Assembly: GCA_963762095.1 (NCBI GenBank)
Contig: CAVXJI010000004.1
Coordinates: 153 to 64,152, forward strand
Length of the DNA stretch: 64,000 bases
Source: an uncultured bacterium
Lineage (GTDB): Bacteria; Babelota; Babeliae; Babelales; Babelaceae
Reading direction: 5' to 3'
The notes beneath the pieces are model-generated. The model was not told where the DNA came from. It was given only the letters and a program-made list of their open reading frames with translations, and searched no databases. A program made the translations under genes and the position numbers. Of this stretch, positions 36,618 through 46,865 are shown piece by piece (the first letter of the stretch is position 1; each line of letters opens with the position of its first letter).

Positions 36618-38454
36618 ATGAATACCTATGCTTATGATTTTGACGTTATAGTGGTCGGTGGAGGCCATGCGGGCATTGAAGCTGCCTATGCAGCAGCCCG
36701 TATGGGATCTCGCACGCTCATGATCACTCTTCATCTTGATCGCATTGGCCTTATGCCTTGCAATCCGGCAGTGGGTGGCATTGGCAAAGGTCATATTGTA
36801 TTTGAGATCAGCGCCCTTGGTGGCTTAATGCCAAAACTTATGTACCCAAACCTATCTGCAAGCTCGTATGCTCAATACACGCAAGGGGCCTGCCGTACAA
36901 GGACTGCGTCTCCAAATTGATAAACATGCCTATAATAAACTGAGCAAACAAGTACTCGAACATACCGAAAATCTTACGCTCATTATGGGAATGGTGGACG
37001 AGATTATTCTTGATGAGAATCGAGAAGTCCGCGGTGTCCGAACCAGAGAAGGGGATATCTATTATTGCCCCACCGTTATTCTTACCACAGGTACATTCCT
37101 TAATGGCCTCATTCACGTAGGAACTACAAATTATGCTGCTGGACGCCAAGGAGAGGAATCGGTTGCTAATCTCTCTGCTTTTTTATCACGGCTGGGTCTC
37201 AAGATGCGCCGTCTAAAAACGGGGACTCCTCCACGCCTTTTGCGCACCAGCCTTGATTTTTCTCGCATGGAATTTCAAGGATCGGATGATCTTGATCAGC
37301 TGTTTGAATTTGCGCCCCATAAAGTTGAGCATAAAATGGCCTGCTATATTACGCATACCAATCAAAACACGCATGATATTATTAAAAAAAATTTTCATTT
37401 ATCACCCATTTTTACTGGGCATATTAAAGGAACGCCTCCGCGCTATTGCCCTTCAATTGAAGATAAAATTTCGCGTTTTGCTGATAAAACCTCACACCAC
37501 GTATTTGTAGAACCTGAAAGCGCATCAAGTGAAGAAATATATCCCAATGGCCTTTCAACATCGTTGCCCTTTAACATACAAAAAGAATTCATTCGCTCTA
37601 TTGTGGGCTTTGAGCAAGCGATATTAACCCGACCCGGCTATGCTGTTGAGTATGATTGCGTATTACCAGATCAATTACATCATACTTTGGAAGTCAAATC
37701 GGTACCCGGCCTCTTTCTTGCAGGACAGATTAATGGAACAACAGGATACGAAGAAGCGGCAGGCCAAGGAATAATAGCGGGTATTAACGCAAGCTTAAAA
37801 ACGCAAGGGAAAGAGCCATTTATCATGAGTCGCACTGAGGGCTATATTGGTATCATGATTGATGATCTGGTTACACTCGGTGTTGATGAACCCTACCGCA
37901 TGTTTACCTCACGAGCCGAACGGCGCCTCCTTTTAAGGCAAGATAACGTGTTTGATAGGCTGGGAGAAACAGCACACAATTTAGGGCTTATATCGGACAG
38001 TTTTTACGAAGACATAAAAAAAGAGAAAGATATTGTTGAAAGTACCGTTGCTACGTTAACTGCCGGGAAAAAGAATGTTGAACTCATGCGGCTATTGGGA
38101 AGTGGCGAACTGGATGAAGTTCATAAACGCATCAAGGAAGCCGTTACCGAAAACACGCCTAATAGGATACTGCAGACAATCCATGCTGAGATACTTTATG
38201 CCCCTTATATAAAACGAGAAGAAAAAGAAGTTGAGAAAACCCTTTATTATCAGAAGCTAATCATCCCTGATGACTTCGATTACAACATCATAGAAGGTCT
38301 TTCTATCGAATTAAAACAAAAGCTTACGCAGCACAAACCAGGCACTATTGCACAGGCCGGCCTCATTCAGGGAATGACCCCGGCTGCTATCTCATTATTA
38401 ATTTACAAGGTACGCGATTATATGCGTGCTATTGAACGAAAAAATAAAATTTAA
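36618..38454 (+). CDS. mnmG: tRNA uridine 5-carboxymethylaminomethyl modification enzyme MnmG (GidA), interrupted by a +1 frameshift near 36836..36841
   Basis: Track ORFs 36618..36920 and 36868..38454. Frame 1 reads [15 protein letters not shown]...[27 protein letters not shown]. The conserved continuation [19 protein letters not shown]... lies in the +1 frame. Confidence 0.85.
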
Positions 38455-38461
38455 CTATCTC

Positions 38462-38902
38462 ATGAAATCATTTGATCGCATAAAACGACAGTCCTGTCTT
38501 GAAGACATTGTCCGCTCGTATACCATTCTTACTAAAAAGGATTCCCGCATTATGGGCTTTTGCCCGTTTAAAAAAGTGGATTGGCTCTCTTTGGAACTTC
38601 ACCTGGATCGGCAACTTTTCATCTGCCATGATTGCCTTAGGTCAGGAGACGTTCTCACATTTATCGCCTATCTTCATAAGTGCTCACGATCCGAGGCAGC
38701 GGATTTTTTAGAGAGGCGTGCTGAGAGAGGTCAGATTCATCAAAAAACCGGGGACGCAATTCTTCTTACGCTTGCTGCATTGATATTCCTGTGTTTTCTT
38801 TATTTTCTTCCTAGAACGGGACGCTATTCCCGCCCATTCAGACCTTGGCACGCTCATGCAAGGCGAAAGACATCTCGGGGTCGCTTTGGCGGATTGCACT
38901 AA
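38462..38902 (+). CDS. Orphan primase-type CHC2 zinc-finger-like protein with a TM segment and Arg-rich tail
   Basis: The ATG at 38462 is 7 nt after the mnmG stop. GFCPFKKVDWLSLELHLDRQLFICHDCLRSGDVLTFIAYLHKCSRSEAADFLERR aligns with the DnaG block [56 protein letters not shown]. Confidence 0.6.
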   Translation: MKSFDRIKRQSCLEDIVRSYTILTKKDSRIMGFCPFKKVDWLSLELHLDRQLFICHDCLRSGDVLTFIAYLHKCSRSEAADFLERRAERGQIHQKTGDAILLTLAALIFLCFLYFLPRTGRYSRPFRPWHAHARRKTSRGRFGGLH

Positions 38903-38995
38903 TAACCATGGATAAGTCTATGCGCTTGAGAAAAAGCTCAAAAACGGTAGAGTGGGAATAACAATTTACAAAAATAGAACTGCGGGGACTTTACG

Positions 38996-39439
38996 ATGAA
39001 ATGCAAAAATTTGTTACTTTTACTTACTCTTTTCGGAACTATTTTTTCGGCATATGCAACTAATCCTGGAAAAGATGATGAGTACAATTTCACGAAAAAG
39101 ATCAATGATGAATACAGTTTCGCGAATTATTGGACAGGATATGTAGGATGGTTTGCGCTAAGTTATGTGGCAGGACTTGTGTATCCGATTCAGCCATTCT
39201 CACTTCCTCGGTGTTATGCTGCATATAGGCAGCATAAAGAAAAATCTAAGCTGCCCCTCGAGGATCAGCCACTATTTTTTACCTACTATAAAAACAACAA
39301 TATCGCCGAGATGTCAGGATTGACGCTTGGCCTAGCTACGCTCGTTACAGGCGCTGGCATAGGTCTATTTAAAATGGCAAAACTTCTAAAAAATAATAAA
39401 ATTGTCTTCTCATCGCCTATTCAAATAGTTCCACGATGA
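38996..39439 (+). CDS. Hypothetical membrane/secreted protein
   Basis: 147 aa with a signal peptide plus two hydrophobic segments. Confidence 0.5.
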   Translation: MKCKNLLLLLTLFGTIFSAYATNPGKDDEYNFTKKINDEYSFANYWTGYVGWFALSYVAGLVYPIQPFSLPRCYAAYRQHKEKSKLPLEDQPLFFTYYKNNNIAEMSGLTLGLATLVTGAGIGLFKMAKLLKNNKIVFSSPIQIVPR

Positions 39440-39481
39440 GGCGATGAATGAGGCGCAAGCAATTTGGAAAGAAAGAGCATC

Positions 39482-39853
39482 ATGTTAAAAAAAATTCTTA
39501 TAGTCTGCTTCCTATCCTCTTGCCTCATTTCTACGCACGCTCACGCCGCCCAGCAGGAGGAAAAAACCTTTTTTAATTCCTATACGGAAGCCGCCAAAAC
39601 ATATGCGGTGGCCTTTTCTTTAGGGTATGGCACCGGTATTTTTCCACCGATAGCCCCCTTGACCGCCATGGTTGTAGTAATGGGTGCCTTTGGCAACCCC
39701 AATATGTCTCGCAAGAAAGAAGGCCAATGGTTATGCAGCGGAGAGAAGATTTGGTATACTTATCTTTCAGGTACTGCACTTGGCTTCATTACCTTGACCT
39801 ATGGAACGGTCAAGGGTACCTTATGGGCTGTGCGGAAATTAAGAGGACACTAG
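39482..39853 (+). CDS. Hypothetical membrane/secreted protein with topology similar to the upstream gene
   Basis: The track ORF starts at a TTG (39464). The ATG at 39482 gives MLKKILIVCFLSSCLISTHAHA. Confidence 0.5.
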   Translation: MLKKILIVCFLSSCLISTHAHAAQQEEKTFFNSYTEAAKTYAVAFSLGYGTGIFPPIAPLTAMVVVMGAFGNPNMSRKKEGQWLCSGEKIWYTYLSGTALGFITLTYGTVKGTLWAVRKLRGH

Positions 39854-40648
39854 ATGTACCCAAAATTACTCCATCTTTATGGGCCACTAGAAATAAACAG
39901 CTTTAATGCAAGCATTATAGTAGGCATCGCCATTTTTTTCTACGCCGCATTGCGCCACCCTGGCCTTGAAAAATGGATTAGCAAATCAGACTTTTTTAAT
40001 ATAAGCGTCGAGTCTGCCATTGCAGGCATAGTAGGCGGTAGAGTACTCCATATACTAAGCGAATGGAAAGACTACACCTCATTTTACCAGATGATCAGCA
40101 TTTGGAATGGTGGTCTCTCACTTTTTGGAGCATTCGCGGGGGTTTTCTTCTATAGCCTCTGGGCTTTAAAGCGCAAGCAACTACCCGTTCTTGTATTGTA
40201 TGATGTTGCCGCACTCTATGCACCGCTCATTCAAGGAATGGGGCGTATTGGCTGCTTCTTGGCAGGATGCTGCTATGGATGTCCGACGTCGCTTTCCTGG
40301 GGAATTACCTACACACACCCGCTCGTCGTCGCCCCCCTTAATACACAGATTCATCCCACTCAGCTCTATAGCTCTCTCATTTTTTTTGGTATCTTTATAG
40401 TCATGCGCTTTTTTGTATTCAAGCACGTTTCCCGTGCGGGAGAACTGAGCATGATGTACGTAATGGCTATGAGTTTTGAACGATGGTTTGTCGATTTTTT
40501 TAGAGGAGATCGCATTATGCTTCCAAATCAGCACCCATTTTCATTCTTTTCCTTTCATCAATGGAACGCTCTCTTTATTTTTATCAGCGCATGCATCGTA
40601 TTAGTATACCTCAGATCGGCTCACCGGCGCGTCCATGAATCTGTTTAG
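39854..40648 (+). CDS. lgt: Prolipoprotein diacylglyceryl transferase
   Basis: 264 aa. GRIGCFLAGCCYG and HPTQLYSSL blocks, in a polytopic protein. Confidence 0.88.
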   Translation: MYPKLLHLYGPLEINSFNASIIVGIAIFFYAALRHPGLEKWISKSDFFNISVESAIAGIVGGRVLHILSEWKDYTSFYQMISIWNGGLSLFGAFAGVFFYSLWALKRKQLPVLVLYDVAALYAPLIQGMGRIGCFLAGCCYGCPTSLSWGITYTHPLVVAPLNTQIHPTQLYSSLIFFGIFIVMRFFVFKHVSRAGELSMMYVMAMSFERWFVDFFRGDRIMLPNQHPFSFFSFHQWNALFIFISACIVLVYLRSAHRRVHESV

Positions 40649-42386
40649 TTATATAAAGCAACGACTTCCCATTTTGGATGTGGTAAGTGAGTATGCCACC
40701 CTTAAAAAAGCCGGCTTATACTGGAAAGGCTGCTGCCCTTTTCATCATGAAAGAACGCCTTCATTTAGCGTTAGTCCCCATAAAGAAATTTTCTATTGTT
40801 TTGGCTGCCACCTGGGGGGAGATGTTATTTCATTTATTGCCAAAGCCGAGCACTGCACACCAATAGAGGCAGCCCAGCATCTGATTGAGCGCTATAGAAT
40901 TCAGGTTCCCCAGGAAATCACCTGGGAAAAGAGCTCTCAAACCCAGGAATCTAAAGATTTGTACTTCAAAACCTGTTCAACTTTCGCCCAGTGGTGCGAA
41001 ACTCAATTGGCAAAAAGCACGGCAGCTTTGCGCTATATTACAGAGCGCAAAATAACTGAGCAAAGCATAAAGGACTTTTCAATTGGCTACTGCCCTGGTC
41101 AGATAAAGAGCCTTCTTGCTTACGCTCAAAAACAGGGCATAATGGCGACCAATCTTATTGATGCCCACATACTCCAGGAAGGCAAGCAAGCACTTTATAG
41201 CCCCTTTGAAGAACGTATAATTTTCCCTATTCGGGATCATATTGGCCGGTTTGTAGGGTTTGGTGGACGGGTATTCCAACCAGGGGATGAGCGAGCAAAA
41301 TACTACAACTCCCATGATCACACCTTTTTTAACAAAGGAACGATGCTTTTTGGCCTTGATCGAGCAAAAAAAGCGATAGCGGAATCTGAAACGGCTTTTT
41401 TAGTTGAAGGATATACTGATCTTATTATTATGAATCAGTATGGATTTACCAACACAGTCGCCACGTTAGGCACGGCCTGCACGCAGGACCATTTAAAGCA
41501 GCTCGCTCGGTATGCGCAAAAGCTATACATTTTATACGACGGGGATGCTGCCGGTCAGAATGCTATTATAAGGCTTGCTGAGCTCTGCTGGACTGCCGCC
41601 CTCGATCCTTATGTTATTTCCCTGAGCTCGAAAGATGATCCTGCAACATTTCTGCTTGCCGGTGGCGATCTTACAAGCAAAGTGAATGAAGCTCGTGATA
41701 TATTTTCGTTCATCTTAGTCCATATGGGAAGTGATTTTGCTCATAAGAGTCTGCAAGAACGGCTTACGATTACCAAAAAAATTATTAGTATTATTTTAGC
41801 ATTACCTGACCCTCTAAAACGGGATCTACTGCTCGCACAGGCTAGCACCGCCTTTGCCCTTCCAGTCGAGACTTTAAAGCAAGAATTTAAGGCCATCCGA
41901 AAAAAAGCGGTTGAGGCTGGGCAGAAAAGAGAGCAACCACGAGAAACTGAAGTACCCGAAGACGAAATATCACAGTTAGAAAAAAAACTTTTTTCTGCTA
42001 TACTTAACCATAAAGGTGATATAGCAGAGGAAGATCGTGAACTATTACGCCTATGGCTGCCTGAAAAACTTACTTATCTTTTCGAATCTGTCATTCAAGC
42101 AAAAACTGCTGAAGGACTTAACTTGAGTAGGTTATTTGAGCTGGTAACAGATGAGCAAAAGGAGTTTTTAAGTGGCATTATGATGGAATCACTGCATGAG
42201 CAACCAGCCTCTTTTGAAGACCTGTTGTTGCAATTTTATAAGAAACAGTGGAAAATAGCCGTTCATAATGTCAAACTTAAAGTATATGATGCACAACAGA
42301 CGGGGGACAGCGAGCGTATTAAAAAAGTACTCACGCAGATAAACGAGCTGAAAACAAAGATGCTCAGAAGGGGAATTCATGATTAA
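40635..42386 (+). CDS. dnaG: DNA primase
   Basis: 583 aa. CHC2 zinc finger [12 protein letters not shown]...[15 protein letters not shown] blocks LVEGYTDLI and [11 protein letters not shown]. Confidence 0.93.
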   Translation: MNLFSYIKQRLPILDVVSEYATLKKAGLYWKGCCPFHHERTPSFSVSPHKEIFYCFGCHLGGDVISFIAKAEHCTPIEAAQHLIERYRIQVPQEITWEKSSQTQESKDLYFKTCSTFAQWCETQLAKSTAALRYITERKITEQSIKDFSIGYCPGQIKSLLAYAQKQGIMATNLIDAHILQEGKQALYSPFEERIIFPIRDHIGRFVGFGGRVFQPGDERAKYYNSHDHTFFNKGTMLFGLDRAKKAIAESETAFLVEGYTDLIIMNQYGFTNTVATLGTACTQDHLKQLARYAQKLYILYDGDAAGQNAIIRLAELCWTAALDPYVISLSSKDDPATFLLAGGDLTSKVNEARDIFSFILVHMGSDFAHKSLQERLTITKKIISIILALPDPLKRDLLLAQASTAFALPVETLKQEFKAIRKKAVEAGQKREQPRETEVPEDEISQLEKKLFSAILNHKGDIAEEDRELLRLWLPEKLTYLFESVIQAKTAEGLNLSRLFELVTDEQKEFLSGIMMESLHEQPASFEDLLLQFYKKQWKIAVHNVKLKVYDAQQTGDSERIKKVLTQINELKTKMLRRGIHD

Positions 42387-44283
42387 GAAAGTAAAAAAAG
42401 TCGAACCAAAAACAAAAAACAAAGAAGCTCAGGCGAAAAAGCCCGAGGAAAACGAACTTGCTCTCGAAGTCATTGAGTCGCTCGTAGAACGAGGCAAACG
42501 TGCCGGCGCATTAAGTTATGAAGAGATAATGGAGTTTTGCGACCGCAATCACCTCTCGGAAACTGAGACCAATGATCTCTTAAAAACTCTTGAAAAAGAA
42601 AATGTAGAGTTGCTCATGCAAGAAGAGCTGGAGCCAGATGCCGCTCTAGAAGATTATGAAAAAGACGAATCTAAGATCCATATCAAATCCCAAATAGAGA
42701 CTTCCCTTGATTATGTGGCTGAGGAAGAAGAAGCCGAAGAGGGTGAGGAGCCTGAGGATGGCCGAGACGTTGTTAAAGAAGTCGGAGAAGCCGCCCATAT
42801 AGCCGATGGTGTAAAATGCTATCTGCGCGACATTGGGAAAATCCCCCTTCTAAATAAGAAGACTGAAACGGTTATTGCAGAACAAATAGCCCTCGGTAAA
42901 AAAGAATCGATCGAATCCATTTCAAAGTTTCCTTTTATTCATAAGGAAATTATTGCCATTGGTGAACGCCTTGCTAAAAACACGATCGCCCTAAAAGATA
43001 TCATACAGTTTTCCGAGTTTGATGAAGAAAATCTTCCTAAGTTTGAAGAAGAAAAAAATGGCCTTTTAAAAACTATAGGGCATATTAAAGAGCTCGTTGA
43101 AAATGAATCTAAAATATATAGAAGCTATCGTGGCCAGCTCGATTCTGAGGCAAAAAAACAAGAGATGCTTAATGCCGTGAAAGCTAACAAAGAAGAAATT
43201 GCCAAAACGATTCAAACCATAAAGCTTTCAAACAAGTTTATTCGTAAGCTTGCAAAAAGAATTGAAAAAACGATCCAAAAAATTAGAGAACGAACCGAAA
43301 TTATACGGCAAAACGAAATGCTTTTTAAGCAGTATGCGGCAAAAAAATCATTAAACGATACTGAAAAAGCAGAAATGGTTGAATTTGATAAGACTATTCG
43401 TGCTGGGAACAAAAGTATCAAAAAAGCAGAACAAGAGCTTGGATTACCTCTACCCGAGACACTGCGCTACTATAGGCAACTCACCGATGGTCAAAGAAAA
43501 GATAAGCGGGCCAAGGATGACCTTGCACGAGCAAACTTGCGCCTTGTGGTCAATATAGCTAAAAAGTATGTTAATCGTGGATTGCATTTTCTTGATCTGA
43601 TTCAAGAAGGTAACATCGGTCTTATGAAAGCAGTAGAAAAGTTTGAATTTGAACGAGGCTACAAATTTTCAACTTATGCAACCTGGTGGATCCGGCAGGC
43701 AATTACACGTGCTATTGCAGATCAATCTCGTACTATCCGCGTACCTGTGCATATGGTTGAAACTCTCAATAAGATTAATAAGATTAAACGGACATTTATT
43801 CAGGAGCATGGGCGAGAGCCTACACATTTAGAGCTTTCAAAAGAGCTAAATATTGATGAAAAAAAGATAAAAAATATAATAAAAATCTCGAAGGAACCGA
43901 TTTCTCTAGAAACACCGGTCGGCGACAGCGAAGATGCCTTCATTAAAGATTTCATTGAAAGTGAAAATGATTTTTCGCCTGCTGATACCGTTGCAAATAG
44001 TGACTTAAAGGAGCGTGTTCGAGAAGTGTTAAAAACACTAACGCCTCGTGAAGAGAAAGTGCTCAAAATGCGTTTTGGCATCGATGTTGCCTCTGAACAT
44101 ACGCTTGAAGAAGTAGGTAAGGACTTCTCTGTGACTCGAGAACGTATTCGCCAAATCGAAGTAAAAGCGCTACGCAAATTGCGCCATCCTTCGAGGAGCA
44201 AGAAGCTGCAAACATTCTTTGAAAAAGAATTCCATTTTGCTCATGATGAAGCAGTAGAAGATGATATGGATGATGATGAATAA
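42379..44283 (+). CDS. rpoD: RNA polymerase primary sigma factor (sigma-70)
   Basis: 634 aa. Region 2 is [53 protein letters not shown]. Region 4 is [30 protein letters not shown]. Confidence 0.95.
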   Translation: MIKKVKKVEPKTKNKEAQAKKPEENELALEVIESLVERGKRAGALSYEEIMEFCDRNHLSETETNDLLKTLEKENVELLMQEELEPDAALEDYEKDESKIHIKSQIETSLDYVAEEEEAEEGEEPEDGRDVVKEVGEAAHIADGVKCYLRDIGKIPLLNKKTETVIAEQIALGKKESIESISKFPFIHKEIIAIGERLAKNTIALKDIIQFSEFDEENLPKFEEEKNGLLKTIGHIKELVENESKIYRSYRGQLDSEAKKQEMLNAVKANKEEIAKTIQTIKLSNKFIRKLAKRIEKTIQKIRERTEIIRQNEMLFKQYAAKKSLNDTEKAEMVEFDKTIRAGNKSIKKAEQELGLPLPETLRYYRQLTDGQRKDKRAKDDLARANLRLVVNIAKKYVNRGLHFLDLIQEGNIGLMKAVEKFEFERGYKFSTYATWWIRQAITRAIADQSRTIRVPVHMVETLNKINKIKRTFIQEHGREPTHLELSKELNIDEKKIKNIIKISKEPISLETPVGDSEDAFIKDFIESENDFSPADTVANSDLKERVREVLKTLTPREEKVLKMRFGIDVASEHTLEEVGKDFSVTRERIRQIEVKALRKLRHPSRSKKLQTFFEKEFHFAHDEAVEDDMDDDE

Positions 44284-44316
44284 GAACAAACAAAATAAAT
44301 AAGGAAAAAGAAGTAC

Positions 44317-45627
44317 ATGGAACCTCCGGTTGAAAGCTTACTTACACACAATCTCCTTTTCCTTATAATATCTCTCGTATTTTGTGCCCTTTTTTCATTT
44401 ATTGAAACAAGCGTAACGGCACTACGGCTCTTTAAGTTAAAAGAGCTTGCATCGGGAACAAGCAAATACCGTCCCCTTTTTCATGTTTTTGAACATCACC
44501 CTAATCGAATTCTCATCAGCATCCTGATAGCCTATAATTTGGCTAACGTTCTTGCTGCTGTCTTTAGTAGTGAAGTGATGGCAAGCGTGACAAAAGCGCT
44601 CAACATCTCAGAAACCCTAGGTTTTGCGATTGGTATTTTCGTAACATCAACAACGATTTTACTCACCGATCTCATTCCTAAAAACATTGCAACGATTCAT
44701 GGCGATCGGCTTTTTAAATCAACACTCTGGATAACCAATATTATTTATTACACGTTCTATCCTCTTGTTTCGCTTCTTTCCAAGTTTACGGATACAATAA
44801 CACATTGGATAGGCGGCAGCTCGGTAAAAGAAGTTACTGATGCAGTCGCTTCAGAAAAGGAGATTCAGTTTCTTATTAATTACATTAATGAGAAAGGCCT
44901 TATGGAGCGGCATAAAACAGCCATGCTTAAAAGTATATTTGAGCTAGGAACAACGCCTATTAAAGAAATTATGGTGCCAGAAACATCAATCATTTCTATT
45001 AATGTAAATAGCACACAAAAAGAAACGCTTGATCTGTTTTCTAAGTATCAGTTTACCCGCTTGCCAGTCTATGAAGATAAGCCAGATAATATCATTGGCA
45101 TGCTGCATCAGAAAGATTTCTTTCAGCTGCTTTCAAAAAACGAAGACCGCCCATTGCGCGATATTGTGCGCCCTATTATGTTTGTTCCTGAAAGCGCTAA
45201 GGTACTGCGTGTTCTTAAAGAATTTAAAGAGCAGCGGATGCATATAGCAATGGTATTAAATGAGTACGGCGGAATCACCGGACTTGTTACGCTTGAAGAT
45301 GTCATTGAGGAAATCGTAGGTGAAATTAGCGATGAATACGAATCAGTTGCCGAAAAAGTCATTCCTCTAAAAGCAGGCGGTTACCTTGTAGATGCCAGCA
45401 TCGAACTTGAAGATCTTGAGCCGACACTTGGTATTGAATTTGAAACCGAAGATGCACTCACCCTTGGTGGATTCCTTATTGAGCAGCTCGAACGAGTTCC
45501 AAAATCGGGTGAGCGGCTTGAATATAAAGGGTTTCATTTTAAAATTCAACAAGCAAGCCCAAAACGAGTTTATCAGGTGCTTATCTTTGGCAACGAAGTT
45601 CCCGAGGATATTGAACTTGAGGCGTAA
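44317..45627 (+). CDS. CNNM/HlyC-CorC family transporter (DUF21 + CBS pair + CorC_HlyC)
   Basis: 436 aa. Four N-terminal TM segments, a CBS region (IMVPETSII...) and a C-terminal CorC-like block GFHFKIQQASPKRVYQVLI. Confidence 0.85.
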   Translation: MEPPVESLLTHNLLFLIISLVFCALFSFIETSVTALRLFKLKELASGTSKYRPLFHVFEHHPNRILISILIAYNLANVLAAVFSSEVMASVTKALNISETLGFAIGIFVTSTTILLTDLIPKNIATIHGDRLFKSTLWITNIIYYTFYPLVSLLSKFTDTITHWIGGSSVKEVTDAVASEKEIQFLINYINEKGLMERHKTAMLKSIFELGTTPIKEIMVPETSIISINVNSTQKETLDLFSKYQFTRLPVYEDKPDNIIGMLHQKDFFQLLSKNEDRPLRDIVRPIMFVPESAKVLRVLKEFKEQRMHIAMVLNEYGGITGLVTLEDVIEEIVGEISDEYESVAEKVIPLKAGGYLVDASIELEDLEPTLGIEFETEDALTLGGFLIEQLERVPKSGERLEYKGFHFKIQQASPKRVYQVLIFGNEVPEDIELEA

Positions 45628-45651
45628 GGCCTTTTTTAGTTTACCTAAATA

Positions 45652-46776
45652 ATGCTAGACTGGAGTAAAGTAGGTAAAAATAGTATAGCTATGTGGGGGA
45701 CAATGAAATATATACTACATTCACGCCGAAACAAGCTTTTTGCTCTCGCTCTTTTCTTTGTATCGCCTTGCTACTCTGCGGTAGATCCTGAAGTACAAGC
45801 ACAATTTACGATTTTAAATGCTGCTGTGGCTAATTTGCAAAACAATCAGCCAGGCTTCATTTCAAGGACAGCCTCGGGGATGATTTCAACCATTATAACG
45901 GGAATCGTTGTCTTTGTTGGTTCCCGGTGGCTAATCGATTCCTATCTTACTGCTAAAAACCCTAAAAAACCCGCGCCAGAGCATTTCGCACCTCAAGCCA
46001 AACAACCCTTTACTTTCAAAAATCTTGCGGGCAAAATTCCAGCAGATGTTCTTGAAGTAACAGAATTTATTAAGGATTCAAAAAAGTTCATTGCCATGGG
46101 AGCAAAAATGCCCCGAGGCGTGCTCTTAGTGGGCCCTCCTGGGACGGGAAAGACCTCAATCGCGCGGGCTATTGCGGGAGAATCTCAAGCCTATTTTGTT
46201 GCAATTGCTGCAAGTGAATTTATCGAAATGTTTGTGGGCAACGGTCCTCGTCGCGTACGCGAACTTTTTGCCGGTGCACGCGCAGCGGTAGCTTCAGGTG
46301 CTTATAAAAAAGCGATCATTTTTATTGATGAACTTGACTCAATCGGCGGCGCACGTAATGCAGTATTTGATTCCGGCGGCGCTGAATACCGCAATACACT
46401 TAATGAACTTCTTCATCAGATGGATGGTTTTCATCAGGATGATTCTATTTTTATCCTAGGCGCAACAAATCGCGAGCAAGATATTGACCCAGCCTTAAAG
46501 CGGCCCGGCAGATTTGATAGAATAGTTGAGATTCCTCTGCCTGACATCGAAAGCCGCGAGGCCATTCTCAAACTTTATGCACAGTCTATAAAATACAGCA
46601 AAGATATAGATTTTAGCGCTTTGGCTCGTCAATCTAAAGGAATGAGCGGCGCTGAGCTTAAAAATATCGTAAATGAGGCGGCGATTTATGCCGTGCGTGC
46701 TCAGTCGCAGGAGACGCGACAAGAACATTTTGAAAATGCTCTGAGATCTAAATCTCTCAGAGCATTCAATTTTTAG
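45652..46776 (+). CDS. Membrane-anchored FtsH-like AAA+ ATPase lacking the M41 protease domain
   Basis: 374 aa. The start may be the ATG at 45705, after GGGGGA. Walker A GVLLVGPPGTGKTS, Walker B IIFIDELDS, and SRH ILGATNREQDIDPALKRPGRFDR. The ORF ends right after the AAA lid with no HEXXH region. Confidence 0.8.
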   Translation: MLDWSKVGKNSIAMWGTMKYILHSRRNKLFALALFFVSPCYSAVDPEVQAQFTILNAAVANLQNNQPGFISRTASGMISTIITGIVVFVGSRWLIDSYLTAKNPKKPAPEHFAPQAKQPFTFKNLAGKIPADVLEVTEFIKDSKKFIAMGAKMPRGVLLVGPPGTGKTSIARAIAGESQAYFVAIAASEFIEMFVGNGPRRVRELFAGARAAVASGAYKKAIIFIDELDSIGGARNAVFDSGGAEYRNTLNELLHQMDGFHQDDSIFILGATNREQDIDPALKRPGRFDRIVEIPLPDIESREAILKLYAQSIKYSKDIDFSALARQSKGMSGAELKNIVNEAAIYAVRAQSQETRQEHFENALRSKSLRAFNF

Positions 46777-46865
46777 TTATTTTAATTTCTTAATTCTGAC
46801 AACAGTGTTGTTTTATGATAACTCGATCAAATGCTATTTGACAACAATCTCAATCTATTTCAGGC

